Positions 37,498-47,554 of a DNA stretch of 64,000 nt are shown piece after piece. The position numbers and the translations under genes were made by a program. Source of the stretch: Pirellulaceae bacterium (GTDB lineage Bacteria; Planctomycetota; Planctomycetia; Pirellulales; Pirellulaceae); the NCBI GenBank assembly GCA_019636375.1, contig JAHBXS010000002.1:149621-213620 (forward strand). Reading direction: 5' to 3'. Every line of letters starts with the position of its first letter. Position 1 is the first letter of the stretch. The notes below the pieces were generated by a model, which worked only from the letters and a program-made list of their open reading frames with translations, had not been told where the DNA came from and did not search any database.

Positions 37498-37778
37498 TCG
37501 GAAAATTTTTGTTAGTTGAATATTGTAATCGATTGATACCTCATCTTTCAAGGGCTCTCGGACTGGTTTGAGCAGTTGAGACCGAAATTTGGGATCGGCT
37601 GCTAGGGGGCATTTCAAGGGATGGTCAGACTGCAAAAATCTGACCTTGCCTGGAAATCTTGACGATAGCTCCGAGGTTGAGGTTCACGGAATCGGACGAA
37701 ATCGCCTGATTTGCTCTACGACAGAAGAAGATTGGGGCCATTATTTGCTATCCCCGAACAATTGGGACAATCGTTCTA

Positions 37779-40700
37779 CTAACCGGCTTTTAATGTTGGG
37801 CCGACGGGGAGGCGGAGGACGGTGCGGGCGGAAAGGAGGGCCGAAACGAGTCCACAGATGACGACGCCGCCAAGGATCAATGCAAGATGCAGCCAAGGCA
37901 ATGAAGCTTGACCGACCAACCAATGCGGGACCGTTGCGGCTAGGGCGGCAAGTACCCCGACGACCAATCCAACTAACAACAGGAACAACTGCTCACCAAA
38001 CAACAGCGCCAACAAACGTCGCGGGCCAAAACCGACGGCTCGCATCAACGCCAACTCCTTGCGTCGCTCGACGATGTTCCGCAACTGAACGGCCCCGAGC
38101 CCCAACGTGCCCAACAACAATCCCAAGCCGCCCAGCGATTGAAAGGCACTCAAGTAAGTATTCTGCACGGCAGCAAAACCGCTGAGGACGTCCCGACTGC
38201 GACGAGCGTCCAACCCGTAATCACCGAGCCGTTCTTCCAAACGTTCTATCAGGGCTTCATGCTCGGCGGTCACTTCTCCAGTAATCAACAGCGTTTGATA
38301 ACCGCTAATATTCGGGAACGCACGGAGAAAATGATTTTCGCCAATCAACAGGCTCCCTTGAAATAAACTGTTCTCCAAAAAACCGACGATCAAAAACGTG
38401 ACTTGTTCCCCCGAATCGTAGTCAACGGTGTAGGTCCCTCCGGTGCCGTAAATTTTTAGACTGTACATGGCCGTGTTCTTGTCGAGAATCGCGGGGATCG
38501 GCGAAGTCATCGTTCCTGTCGCCGCCGGGTTTCGATCGAGCATCCGCCAAGGATTATCGGCTTCGGTGTCTGATTGGCTTTGCACTCCCGACCAAAGGAA
38601 TTTTTTTGGGGCTGGTGGATCAAACCTTTCGATCCAAGCGCCCGAGACTCCCAACACGCGGGGCTGCGTCGCTTGGTAAAGGTTGTTGCAACTGGCGTCT
38701 TGGCCAGGCTTGAGCCGCCAAGCATAAACGTCGAGAGTCGGAGGAAAAAACGGAGCGTCTCCCAACAAGTCCGCCCGTCCGTTTGCCGAGCCAAGATCGG
38801 AGACGATCGGCACACTGCTTTCGGCGATCCAGTTCGCGCCACCCGTTGATTGCGAAGTTGGTTGCAGACGAAACGAACTGATCGCGATGATTAGAAACGT
38901 TGCGACACTGACCAAGCCGATCATCAACGTGCTGCGTAAAGGATTTCGCCGCAGATTCTCCCAAGACAGACTTCCTACTGAGCGAATCGCAAGATGCCCC
39001 TGTTTTCGATTGCGGGCTTTGAGTTGGCGAAAAACAACGAGCCACAAGGCGGCGAGGAACATAAATCCGCCACCCATAAACGCTCCGGCTTGGCTTTCTC
39101 CTCCCAAACCTGTCGCGACAACCACCAACACGACGGCCCCCAGCAGCAACCCGACAACTGTCAGCGAGAGCCATCCGATACGTGAACCGCCAGCGGCTAC
39201 TTGTTCGTTTCCGCTGTGAATTCCTCGCAATAGCTCTCGCGCGGGCAAACGGACCATCCCGCGAATTCCCCAGGCGACGGTCAACAGGCTAATGGCCATC
39301 CCGATCAAGAACCCCACCGCGAGAACCGTTGGCTCGACATGCAGCCTCAAAAACGGCGTCGCAATCGCTCCTACCCACCAAGTCTTCAGGGCCTCAATCA
39401 TTAACGCTCCGTAGGCCACGCCTCCCGCCAGCCCAACCGCTCCACCGAGCAAGCAAACCAGAAAAATCTCTTTTAGCCAAACCCTGCTGATCAGACCTTG
39501 CGGCCAACCGAGTGCCGACAACAACCCGACTTGATCGACGCGTTGCTCGAGCCCGAGTCGGAATAACAGGCTGACCAAAATCAACGCCGAGGCGATGATG
39601 AACATACTCAAGCCTAAGAACAGAGCATCGAACGGAGCCGTTCCGGCGGATGCCGCCAACCCCTCACGCTTCACGCGAACGATGTCTAGCCCAAACCGCC
39701 CCGGCGATTCGCGCCATAAACTTACAAGTTCTCGTTCGACATCCGCTTCGGGGACTGAACTTGGAAGGCGAAAATTGGTGATCGCTCCAAAGCGGCTGTT
39801 CCACAAACTCAGCCCGGTGTTCAACGACACGAAACCTTTGGGGGTTGTGCGATGCAGATTCCAATACTCGTCGTCTTGGCTGCGAATTCGATAGGTCAAG
39901 GCAAACGGCACGTCCCAACTTTCCATCGTCACGGCATCGGTGAGACCAGGGACTTCGGGAGTCAGCCAAGGGTCGTTGACGAGCGTCGGAGGATCGACGA
40001 ATTCGGCTGTGAGGACTTCGTTGCCGCGAATCGCGAACGGGCGATCAGGTTCGGTGAGTGCGGCGATGGCCGCGACTCGCAACGTCACTGAGTCTTCGCG
40101 TTGGACACCGTGTGCCGATTCGGGCTCAAAAAACAGCAATTCGATTTCATCTCCGACTTGGACCCCCAAATCTTCTGCCGCCCATTGGCTCAAGACGACT
40201 TGATCATCCGCCAGTGCGGTAATGCGGTCAGCGGGCTGAATTCCCATCGGTTGAAATTCGTCGTCGAAATCAATGGCAGTGAACATCGAATAAGGAATCG
40301 CCATTGCGGCGTCGGGTTCACCGGACTTGCGTATCAAATTGATCAAATAGGTCGATGCAGGTTTTAATGACGGCAAGCCCTCTTGCAGAGCGGCGACTTG
40401 AGGGTCGGAAAAAACGAGTCGGCTGGTGGTAAGGCTCAAGTATTCATGAATCACCCGCCGCTGGTCGCCAGTTCCCTGCGCCAATTCAATTCGTTTTAGC
40501 TTAAGGGCAAGGTCTTCGGGTCGGGGTGTTAGTTCAGCAAACAAATCGTTGGCAGCTTTTTCGGAGGGAGGATTGGTCCCCGCTGGCCCAGAAAGAAAGG
40601 TTGCATTGATGAGACGTGGGTTTTCACGAAAAACCGAATTATCGCGTCGGAGGAATTCTTGCAACGTCTCCAGCGATAGGAACAAATTGAGCGGAAGTTG

Positions 40701-41354
40701 TTGTGAGGGTTGCAGTGAGAATCGGCCGAATTGCACGTTTTCGATGATTTGGGCCACGGGCATATCAACAAGGCTCGAGACCAGCTCCTTTTTTTCTCCC
40801 AAGGCACTATCGCCGGGCATCCAAGTCGGTTTGGGAATTCGCAGGGTGACCACAGCCCGACCTGCCGAGACCTGATCGTCACTGATTCCCAGTTCGTTGG
40901 CCAGAGCCCGATTAATGACGACTTGATCGCCGGTCGTCAGGTCTCGGAGCACCTCCATTGGAACGGCGGATTGTAATTGCCAAAACGTTGGCTCGATTCC
41001 CAAGACGTTGACTTGGTTGGTTCGTCGGCGCTGCCCGTCTGGAGTAGATTCGACCGTGCCATTTGGGAAGACGATCGCAGGTTCCGCGCGGCGATAGGAT
41101 GTTTGAAAAGCCGGCAATTCGCGCAGTTCATCACACAGGGCTTGGCGGTAAAAATGGGAACCGATCAAAATTTCGTCGATGTCGGCGAGCCGTTCGAGCG
41201 TCAAACTCCGAAGACTTCCGCGCATACTGCTGCCGACCACCAGAGCTCCCACCAGGACCGCCGTTGCAGCGACCACCGCGAGAGCGAGTGCCAAGTGTGG
41301 GCGGAGATAAAACCGGAACCCTTGCCAGGCGATTCGAGAGGTGGTGACGCTCAT
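37779..41354 (-). CDS. ABC transporter permease of the MacB/FtsX family with two FtsX modules, about 1190 aa. The ATG at 41354 overlaps the upstream ATPase stop in an ATGA arrangement.
   Basis: Multiple TM bundles (four helices at the N-terminal module, four at the C-terminus), large periplasmic domains, and operon context with an ABC ATPase. Confidence 0.8.
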   Translation of the reverse strand: MSVTTSRIAWQGFRFYLRPHLALALAVVAATAVLVGALVVGSSMRGSLRSLTLERLADIDEILIGSHFYRQALCDELRELPAFQTSYRRAEPAIVFPNGTVESTPDGQRRRTNQVNVLGIEPTFWQLQSAVPMEVLRDLTTGDQVVINRALANELGISDDQVSAGRAVVTLRIPKPTWMPGDSALGEKKELVSSLVDMPVAQIIENVQFGRFSLQPSQQLPLNLFLSLETLQEFLRRDNSVFRENPRLINATFLSGPAGTNPPSEKAANDLFAELTPRPEDLALKLKRIELAQGTGDQRRVIHEYLSLTTSRLVFSDPQVAALQEGLPSLKPASTYLINLIRKSGEPDAAMAIPYSMFTAIDFDDEFQPMGIQPADRITALADDQVVLSQWAAEDLGVQVGDEIELLFFEPESAHGVQREDSVTLRVAAIAALTEPDRPFAIRGNEVLTAEFVDPPTLVNDPWLTPEVPGLTDAVTMESWDVPFALTYRIRSQDDEYWNLHRTTPKGFVSLNTGLSLWNSRFGAITNFRLPSSVPEADVERELVSLWRESPGRFGLDIVRVKREGLAASAGTAPFDALFLGLSMFIIASALILVSLLFRLGLEQRVDQVGLLSALGWPQGLISRVWLKEIFLVCLLGGAVGLAGGVAYGALMIEALKTWWVGAIATPFLRLHVEPTVLAVGFLIGMAISLLTVAWGIRGMVRLPARELLRGIHSGNEQVAAGGSRIGWLSLTVVGLLLGAVVLVVVATGLGGESQAGAFMGGGFMFLAALWLVVFRQLKARNRKQGHLAIRSVGSLSWENLRRNPLRSTLMIGLVSVATFLIIAISSFRLQPTSQSTGGANWIAESSVPIVSDLGSANGRADLLGDAPFFPPTLDVYAWRLKPGQDASCNNLYQATQPRVLGVSGAWIERFDPPAPKKFLWSGVQSQSDTEADNPWRMLDRNPAATGTMTSPIPAILDKNTAMYSLKIYGTGGTYTVDYDSGEQVTFLIVGFLENSLFQGSLLIGENHFLRAFPNISGYQTLLITGEVTAEHEALIERLEERLGDYGLDARRSRDVLSGFAAVQNTYLSAFQSLGGLGLLLGTLGLGAVQLRNIVERRKELALMRAVGFGPRRLLALLFGEQLFLLLVGLVVGVLAALAATVPHWLVGQASLPWLHLALILGGVVICGLVSALLSARTVLRLPVGPTLKAG

Positions 41355-42028
41355 GCGACGAATTCCAAGCGGCCTTGATTGAGTCGGGCGGTCTGCTCGA
41401 AAACGGAAGCCAACGCCGACGAGTGGGTGACGCAAATTAAAATGGCTCCAACCACTTGCTGGACGTCGAGCAGCAGCTTGCCGATGGTCTCCGCGTTCGC
41501 TTGGTCCAAGCTACCGGTGGGTTCGTCGGCAAGTAACAGCGCTGGTCGCGAGATCAACGACCGTGCGACGGCGACTCGTTGTTTTTCTCCGCCGGACAAT
41601 TCCGAAGGGAGATGTCCGCTGCGATCTGAAAGGCCCACTCGGTTCAAGAGTTCCCGTCCCCAGGTAACATCTTCGTCGGTCGCGGTTCCCGTTGCCAGTC
41701 GCGGGAGCAAAACGTTTTCGAGTGCCGAAAGCTGTGGCAGGAGATGATGTTCCTGAAAGACAAAACCAACTTGCTCGTTGCGGAATTTCGAAAGGGCTTG
41801 GGGATTCAACCCTGCGGGATCGATGCCAGCGAGTTGAATGCTCCCGCTGGTCGCCGTGTCGAGAGCACCGATGATTTGCAGCAACGTGCTTTTACCGCTC
41901 CCACTGGGCCCGACGATCGCCAGATTTTTTCCTGACTCCAACGAGAAATTGACTCCGTCCAAAATCAGCAACGGTCCGTTTGGTGTGGGAAATTCCTTTC
42001 GCAAATCGGTAACAACGAGCTGGCTCAT
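41351..42028 (-). CDS. ABC transporter ATP-binding protein (LolD/MacB-type).
   Basis: Walker A GPSGSGKST, signature LSGGEKQRVAVARSL, Walker B LLLADEPTGSLD. Confidence 0.9.
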   Translation of the reverse strand: MSQLVVTDLRKEFPTPNGPLLILDGVNFSLESGKNLAIVGPSGSGKSTLLQIIGALDTATSGSIQLAGIDPAGLNPQALSKFRNEQVGFVFQEHHLLPQLSALENVLLPRLATGTATDEDVTWGRELLNRVGLSDRSGHLPSELSGGEKQRVAVARSLISRPALLLADEPTGSLDQANAETIGKLLLDVQQVVGAILICVTHSSALASVFEQTARLNQGRLEFVA

Positions 42029-42041
42029 TGGCGGTTGGGGC

Positions 42042-42470
42042 TCACATTTGGGAGACAACGAATGGGCTCAACAAATCCCGCACACCGCTGGGAATCGCGA
42101 TCGACTGGGGACTTGATCCATGCTCAAACTGGCAGCAGACGGTGGTGACTTCTCCGTCGGCGACAATTTCATTCCCGTTTTTGAATTTGAAGTGATAGGT
42201 CACACTTTTTTCACCGATGCGTCCGATCGTCAGTTCCAAGTCGATAAGTTCTTCAAAGCGGATTGCGCGGCGGTAGTTACATTTTGCAGCGACACGAGGC
42301 CAACTCAGTTTCTGTCCCTCGAAAACGGAAACCACGCTCAGGCCGAGACTGCGAAGGAATTCGTGCTCGGCTTCTTCCATATAGGTGAAGAAGACGGAGA
42401 AATGAACGATACCCGCCATATCGGTGTCGCGAAATTCGACACGGCGGTTATAAATAAAGGATTGATTCAT
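42042..42470 (-). CDS. Acyl-CoA thioesterase, hotdog fold (YbgC/4HBT family).
   Basis: VEFRDTDMAGIVHFSVFFTYMEEAEHEFL is the 4HBT motif. Confidence 0.8.
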   Translation of the reverse strand: MNQSFIYNRRVEFRDTDMAGIVHFSVFFTYMEEAEHEFLRSLGLSVVSVFEGQKLSWPRVAAKCNYRRAIRFEELIDLELTIGRIGEKSVTYHFKFKNGNEIVADGEVTTVCCQFEHGSSPQSIAIPSGVRDLLSPFVVSQM

Positions 42471-42523
42471 TCGGCACTCTCGATGGGCTGGCCGACGAAA
42501 TTAGAGGCTGGACCGAATTTGGT

Positions 42524-42823
42524 CTACTCTCCGACGTAAGGCATCAGGGCCATGAAACGAGCACGCTTGACGGCTTTCGACACAGCGTGTTGGCTGACGG
42601 CGGTGCAACCGGTCTTGCGACGGCTGACGATCTTGCCGTGACGGTTTACCAACTTCTTGAGCAACTCGACATTTTTGTAGTCGACATACATTGGACGTGG
42701 ACGTTCGCCATCGACGAACAAGGGGTCCTTGCGGACGGTCTTTACCTTCGTCTTTGGCTTACGACGATTTCGCTGTTGAGTGTTGTTGTTGCGTTGGTTA
42801 GGGTTTCGTGGAGTAAAGGCCAT
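42524..42823 (-). CDS. rpsR: 30S ribosomal protein S18. The ORF track extends to 43027; the ATG at 42823 fits the S18 length.
   Basis: VDYKNVELLKKLVNRHGKIVSRRKTGCTAVSQHAVSKAVKRARFMALMPY aligns to the E. coli S18 core [50 protein letters not shown]. Confidence 0.85.
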   Translation of the reverse strand: MAFTPRNPNQRNNNTQQRNRRKPKTKVKTVRKDPLFVDGERPRPMYVDYKNVELLKKLVNRHGKIVSRRKTGCTAVSQHAVSKAVKRARFMALMPYVGE

Positions 42824-43135
42824 GGAGATTCCAAGAATTTCAAGCTTTGTACGGAAATTTGTTGAGTCGCGTATTATCCACAATTGTCGGTTTTTCGCAA
42901 GCGCAGCACTCAAAAAACGTTGAAATTGAGCCATTTTGTCCAAATCGAGCATTTGAAAAGGTCGCTCAAAATGCCGAAACCCTGCGGAAATTCGCAAGTT
43001 TAAAAGGAACGGCGACAAGGTGTTCACTCGCGAGATCGGATAAAATCGGGGTTAAATCCGGGGACGGGTGGGGCTCGAAAGTCGGTAAATTTCGCAGCGG
43101 TTTTCTCAAATTCAGACAAACAGCAGGTTAGACAA

Positions 43136-44566
43136 ATGACTCAAACATTCTTGGGCAGATTTTTGTTGGCAGGTTCTCTTTTGATGGCTTGGGCTTGTCA
43201 AGTGGTTGCCTTTGACGGCCCTGACGATAACTGGCCGAATTGGCGAGGACCGAATGATAACGGTGTCGCTGCCAATTCTGCCAAACCGCCGGTTGAGTGG
43301 TCTCCGACGACGAATGTCAAATGGAAGGTCCCAGTTGCAGGAAAGGGGATTTCTACTCCCATCGTTTGGGAAAATCAAATCATTCTGACAACTGCGGTTG
43401 CGGATTCATCGGCTGGTAACAATGGACAGGCCGATGTTCCTGCTGAAGGAAGGCAGGACGCTCAGGACCAATCTCGTCAGCGACGTGAAGGTCAGGGAGA
43501 AGGGCAAGGACGTGGAGGTCAACGCCAACGTGGCGGAGGGGGAGGTGGCGGTCGTGGCGGCGGTGCTCCCGTGACGGCGATGAAGTTTTTGGTCGTCTCG
43601 CTGGACCGAACTACCGGCAATAAAATCTGGGAAACCATCGTTCACGAAGGAACTCCACATGAAGGGGTTCATGGAACCAACACGTTCGCTTCGGCCTCGC
43701 CGATTACAGATGGCGAACGGATTTACGCTTCGTTCGGTTCCAACGGGATTTATTGCCTTGACATGCAAGGGAAGGTGATCTGGAAAAAAGACTTGGGCAA
43801 TATGACGATGCGGGGGACGTTTGGCGAGGGCGCCTCCCCTGCCCTGCATGGCGATACGCTGGTGGTACCTTGGGATCATGAAGGGGCTAGTTTTTTAGTC
43901 GCCTTGGACGCCACAAGCGGAGCCGAAAAATGGAAAGTCGATCGTGATGAACGCTCGACGTGGTCCACTCCCTTGATCACTGAATACAACGGCACCACGC
44001 AAGTCATTACGAACGGTTCGACTCGAGTCCGCAGTTACAATCTGGCCGACGGCAGCTTGATCTGGGAATGCACGGGCCAAGTGATGAACCCGGTCCCGAC
44101 ACCAATTCGCGATGGCGACTATGTTGTGGTCATGACCGGTTATCAGGGCTTTGCGATTCAATCGATCGCCTTAGACTCGAAAGGCGATGTTTCGGGTACT
44201 GACAAAATTCGTTGGAGTCGTCGGGACTCGGCGCCGTATGTACCTACCGGAGTGTTGTATGGTGATCGCCTGTACATAACGAAATCAAGGGACGCGATTA
44301 TCTCGATTCTGAATGCCGAAACCGGCGAAGAATACGTGGACCAAGAACGTCTTCCAGGTTTGGACGGTTTGTACGCCTCGCTGGGGGCAGCCAACGGTCA
44401 TATTTACGTCTTTGGACGAAACGGGAATGCCGTGGTGCTGAAGCACGGTGACAAGTTGGAGATCGTCGCTCAAAATCGATTGGATGAAGGTGTCGATGCC
44501 TCGCCTGTGATGCTAGGTAACCAACTATTTGTCAGAACGCATGGCCACATGTACTGCTTCGAGTAG
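43136..44566 (+). CDS. Secreted PQQ-like beta-propeller repeat protein with a Gly/Arg/Gln-rich low-complexity insert (476 aa).
   Basis: Signal peptide. Repeated W..DLG...SP-like blades (IWETIVHEG, VIWKKDLGN, KWKVDRDE, LIWECTGQ). Insert QRQRGGGGGGRGGGAP. Confidence 0.75.
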   Translation: MTQTFLGRFLLAGSLLMAWACQVVAFDGPDDNWPNWRGPNDNGVAANSAKPPVEWSPTTNVKWKVPVAGKGISTPIVWENQIILTTAVADSSAGNNGQADVPAEGRQDAQDQSRQRREGQGEGQGRGGQRQRGGGGGGGRGGGAPVTAMKFLVVSLDRTTGNKIWETIVHEGTPHEGVHGTNTFASASPITDGERIYASFGSNGIYCLDMQGKVIWKKDLGNMTMRGTFGEGASPALHGDTLVVPWDHEGASFLVALDATSGAEKWKVDRDERSTWSTPLITEYNGTTQVITNGSTRVRSYNLADGSLIWECTGQVMNPVPTPIRDGDYVVVMTGYQGFAIQSIALDSKGDVSGTDKIRWSRRDSAPYVPTGVLYGDRLYITKSRDAIISILNAETGEEYVDQERLPGLDGLYASLGAANGHIYVFGRNGNAVVLKHGDKLEIVAQNRLDEGVDASPVMLGNQLFVRTHGHMYCFE

Positions 44567-44584
44567 TGCGCAATGTGAATCACA

Positions 44585-45172
44585 TTACTGACCTTTAGAA
44601 GAATCGGCCACGATTTCGAGCAACTCGACGGCAGGAGTGCCATCGCAGAGGATGTGCGCGGTGCGGCCGTAAACGGGTTGCCCGATCGGCAAATTCATGA
44701 GCGAGCTAAGTTGGAAACTCGGCTCGATCTTGAACAATCGCTCTAGGCGAACGGTTCTTAGGACGTTGTGTTCGATGAGAACCCGACCGAGCGGTTTAGC
44801 CCCCGCCTCGATTTCGCGAATAACTTCGTCGTTGAGCAAATCAAAATTCAATCGAACGATCCCAAATTGAACGACATGGTTGTCTGTATGACGTCGCAAT
44901 AAGATTTCGCGCGCATACAAGTTCCCCTGTCTCATTTGTCGGAGGACCTCAACGTTGACGGGCGTTGCGTGGTGGTTCTCCACGGTTTCGGTCATGTGCG
45001 ATTCGTGAGCCAGCAATTTTCTTGGCAAAAAGGGCAAATCGGCCTCGGCCAGTTCATGGAAATCGCCGAGTTCCGATGGAATTGCATAAAACTGCGAAAT
45101 TAGCGAATTCAGGTCGACGAAAAACTTTTGAGAAGTCGTGTCCACTTGTGAGCGGCCTTGGGGCTTGGGCAA
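44585..45172 (-). CDS. Chorismate pyruvate-lyase-like (UbiC/DUF98 fold) protein, 195 aa.
   Basis: LYAREILLRRH...GIVRL...PLGRVLIEHNVLRTVRLERL...VYGRTAHIL resembles the UbiC-like pattern. Neighbouring polyprenyl synthase supports a quinone-biosynthesis context. Confidence 0.45.
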   Translation of the reverse strand: MPKPQGRSQVDTTSQKFFVDLNSLISQFYAIPSELGDFHELAEADLPFLPRKLLAHESHMTETVENHHATPVNVEVLRQMRQGNLYAREILLRRHTDNHVVQFGIVRLNFDLLNDEVIREIEAGAKPLGRVLIEHNVLRTVRLERLFKIEPSFQLSSLMNLPIGQPVYGRTAHILCDGTPAVELLEIVADSSKGQ

Positions 45173-45298
45173 TTTGTTTGAACAACAGTTTCAAGCCGCG
45201 ACGACCAATTGACGGCCAGGGACAGCCAATTTTAACGGAGTCCCTTGGATTGACCCGATAATGATGATCACTCGGTACAAGAACCTCTTTGCAAAATT

Positions 45299-47089
45299 CT
45301 AAGCCTTCACGTCATCATGGCGGCATGGCATCGTCGAAGCGCGAGCTAAAACGCTCCCTACAATATATCGGAGAAGATGCCGCAAGTCAGCAGATTCAAA
45401 ACTCTCGGCGATGCGTTCCGCTTGAGCTTGGTGTTCTCGCACCAATTTCTCGGCCTTGGAAAAAACATCCGCCTTTAAAAAATACTCCCGAGCACGACTA
45501 AGACGTTCGCAATCTGGCAGGTTTGCCGAGTGGGATAAAGAGACAAGTTCTGCTGCCTCTGTCGGCGGGAGATGCCTGGTCGCCAACGCCCACAGGACCG
45601 TTGGGCGACCATTTAACAAATCGCCTCCTACATTTTTCTTGTTGGCAGGATCGGTGATCCAGTCTTGGAGGTCATTGAGAATTTGAAACGCGACTCCCAG
45701 GTGGTGGGCGTAGGAGCGGAACGCCGCAACATAGGTTTCCGATTGTCCCGCAAGGCACGCTCCGCAAACCATTGCGACTTCAAAAGCGGGGGCCGTTTTT
45801 AAGGAGTATATTTCAAGTGCGGATTCTGGCGTGATTCTTTTCTCGGCACAATCTCGCCATGCTAACTCAGCCCCTTGACCAGCACAGAGCCGTTGGTGAG
45901 CGTCGGCTAAGTGGTCCAAAATTTCGGCTGCCGTATCGCCGCCTAGAGCATGGCGATCACGACTTACCAATCGGTACCCTAGCCCAATCAGATAGTCGCC
46001 GATGTTAATGCCCAGCGGAATGCCATATTGTTTGTGTATCGAGGGCTGACCGTAGCGAAAATCGTCTTCGTCTTGGATGTCGTCGTGCACCAAGGAGGCT
46101 TTGTGAAACGTCTCGATCGACATCGCTGTTCGTTTGACGCTGTCCGGAATCGAGGTTGCCGCAGCCGAATTATTTGGTTTCGTGGCCTTGCCTCCGGTGA
46201 GGGCATCGTAAACTGCGAGCAGCATAAAGGGCCGCGATTGTTTTCCACCTCGTCGCAAGAACTCCAACGACACGAACTCTGTCGCCGCGATTGGGTCTGA
46301 TTCAAAAAGACTTCCCGTCACATTCGAAGTCGAAAGTGTCGATTCGTAACTTGCCGGACAAAGTCGTGAGAATTCCTCACCAAACATTCGTGCGGCTGCT
46401 CGCATCAAGTGAACATAAGTGCGCGGGCAATCGTGCGATGGGCCATCGTGCGGGAGGTTTACCAACTCATGCAGCCATTCAGCATCTAATTCCCAATCAT
46501 CGTGATCAGCCAAGAGGGGCACCGCCAAAAACGGGATTCCCGCCAATTGGCTGTGACGTAAAATTGGCTCCAGTTCTGCTGGGGTACCAACACCGATCAA
46601 GGCGTCAGTGCCGTTATGGACAATGTGCCGAAGAACATTACTTGAAGAGGAAAGGGACTCGACCAATATTCCCTTTTCGAGGGCGACACGTTGCGCTTGC
46701 TCGAAGTGTTTGTCAATTTCATGGTCATTCCCCGCCTGCGAATTAGGACAACCGTTTTTTAATCCTGAGTTTGCAATCAAGAGCATTCGGCGCGGATAGG
46801 GAACGCTCGCAACGTGCCTTTCCCAAAAACAACTCACAAGCAGAATCTCCAACCACGACGTGAGTGAATCGGGAATATCAAACTGACCGATTACTTGACG
46901 ACGGAGTTCGGCGAAGGCCTCATCGTCCCGTGTTGTTGTCCCCAAATGGTCAGCCACAAAATCGCGGCAAAAGTTGCGGATGTGATTACGAAGAGCTTTG
47001 GTAAACTGAGCCCCCGGTTGAATGGCCACATGACCTGGAAGGACAGCGCGGGGAAACGTTGGCGTTTCTTTGTTCAAGGCTATCCTCAC
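45299..47089 (-). CDS. Polyprenyl diphosphate synthase (trans-IPPS family) fused to a roughly 290-aa N-terminal domain of unknown function, 596 aa.
   Basis: First and second Asp-rich motifs LVHDDIQDEDDFRYG and ILNDLQDW in the C-terminal half. The N-terminal half has no recognisable catalytic motif. Confidence 0.75.
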   Translation of the reverse strand: MRIALNKETPTFPRAVLPGHVAIQPGAQFTKALRNHIRNFCRDFVADHLGTTTRDDEAFAELRRQVIGQFDIPDSLTSWLEILLVSCFWERHVASVPYPRRMLLIANSGLKNGCPNSQAGNDHEIDKHFEQAQRVALEKGILVESLSSSSNVLRHIVHNGTDALIGVGTPAELEPILRHSQLAGIPFLAVPLLADHDDWELDAEWLHELVNLPHDGPSHDCPRTYVHLMRAAARMFGEEFSRLCPASYESTLSTSNVTGSLFESDPIAATEFVSLEFLRRGGKQSRPFMLLAVYDALTGGKATKPNNSAAATSIPDSVKRTAMSIETFHKASLVHDDIQDEDDFRYGQPSIHKQYGIPLGINIGDYLIGLGYRLVSRDRHALGGDTAAEILDHLADAHQRLCAGQGAELAWRDCAEKRITPESALEIYSLKTAPAFEVAMVCGACLAGQSETYVAAFRSYAHHLGVAFQILNDLQDWITDPANKKNVGGDLLNGRPTVLWALATRHLPPTEAAELVSLSHSANLPDCERLSRAREYFLKADVFSKAEKLVREHQAQAERIAESFESADLRHLLRYIVGSVLARASTMPCRHDDVKA

Positions 47090-47554
47090 GAGTTTACGTT
47101 TTTGTCACAAGTTAGGTAAATTTTGGCAAATGCTTGCCTATGATTAAAACCGCTGTCCCGATCTAAAGTTAATCGCCCAACCGAGTCCTCTCATACGAAA
47201 AACATTGCGACATGCAATTTTGGCACTGCCAAGCGAAGCAAAATTGGAGCTTTTCGAATCAGTGAATATCCGCCGTTTGGGGCTTTTGACCTTAAGGGAC
47301 AACCTCTAAAAAATAGCCCCTAAACGCTTGAATGAACATAGGGGTTACGGTCGATCCTCCAAAAGCTGACCAGAAACTTTTTAGCCCGTTCTCCCGGATG
47401 GTCTTTTTTGTCGCGATTGTTGAAAATCGGAGTTCGTTGAAAGGTGCCAAAAAGTCGAGTAGGACTTTCGGCAAGACGTAATCTAAGGGTGCCTCACTGA
47501 TCTCACCGATCAATTGCGGCGACACCCCTAATTTCGATCTGATGGAACATGTAG

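Noticed and set aside
42524-43027. 167-aa form of ribosomal protein S18 with a 68-aa N-terminal extension.
   Set aside because: Extension has no similarity to S18. The internal ATG at 42823 gives a canonical-length product.
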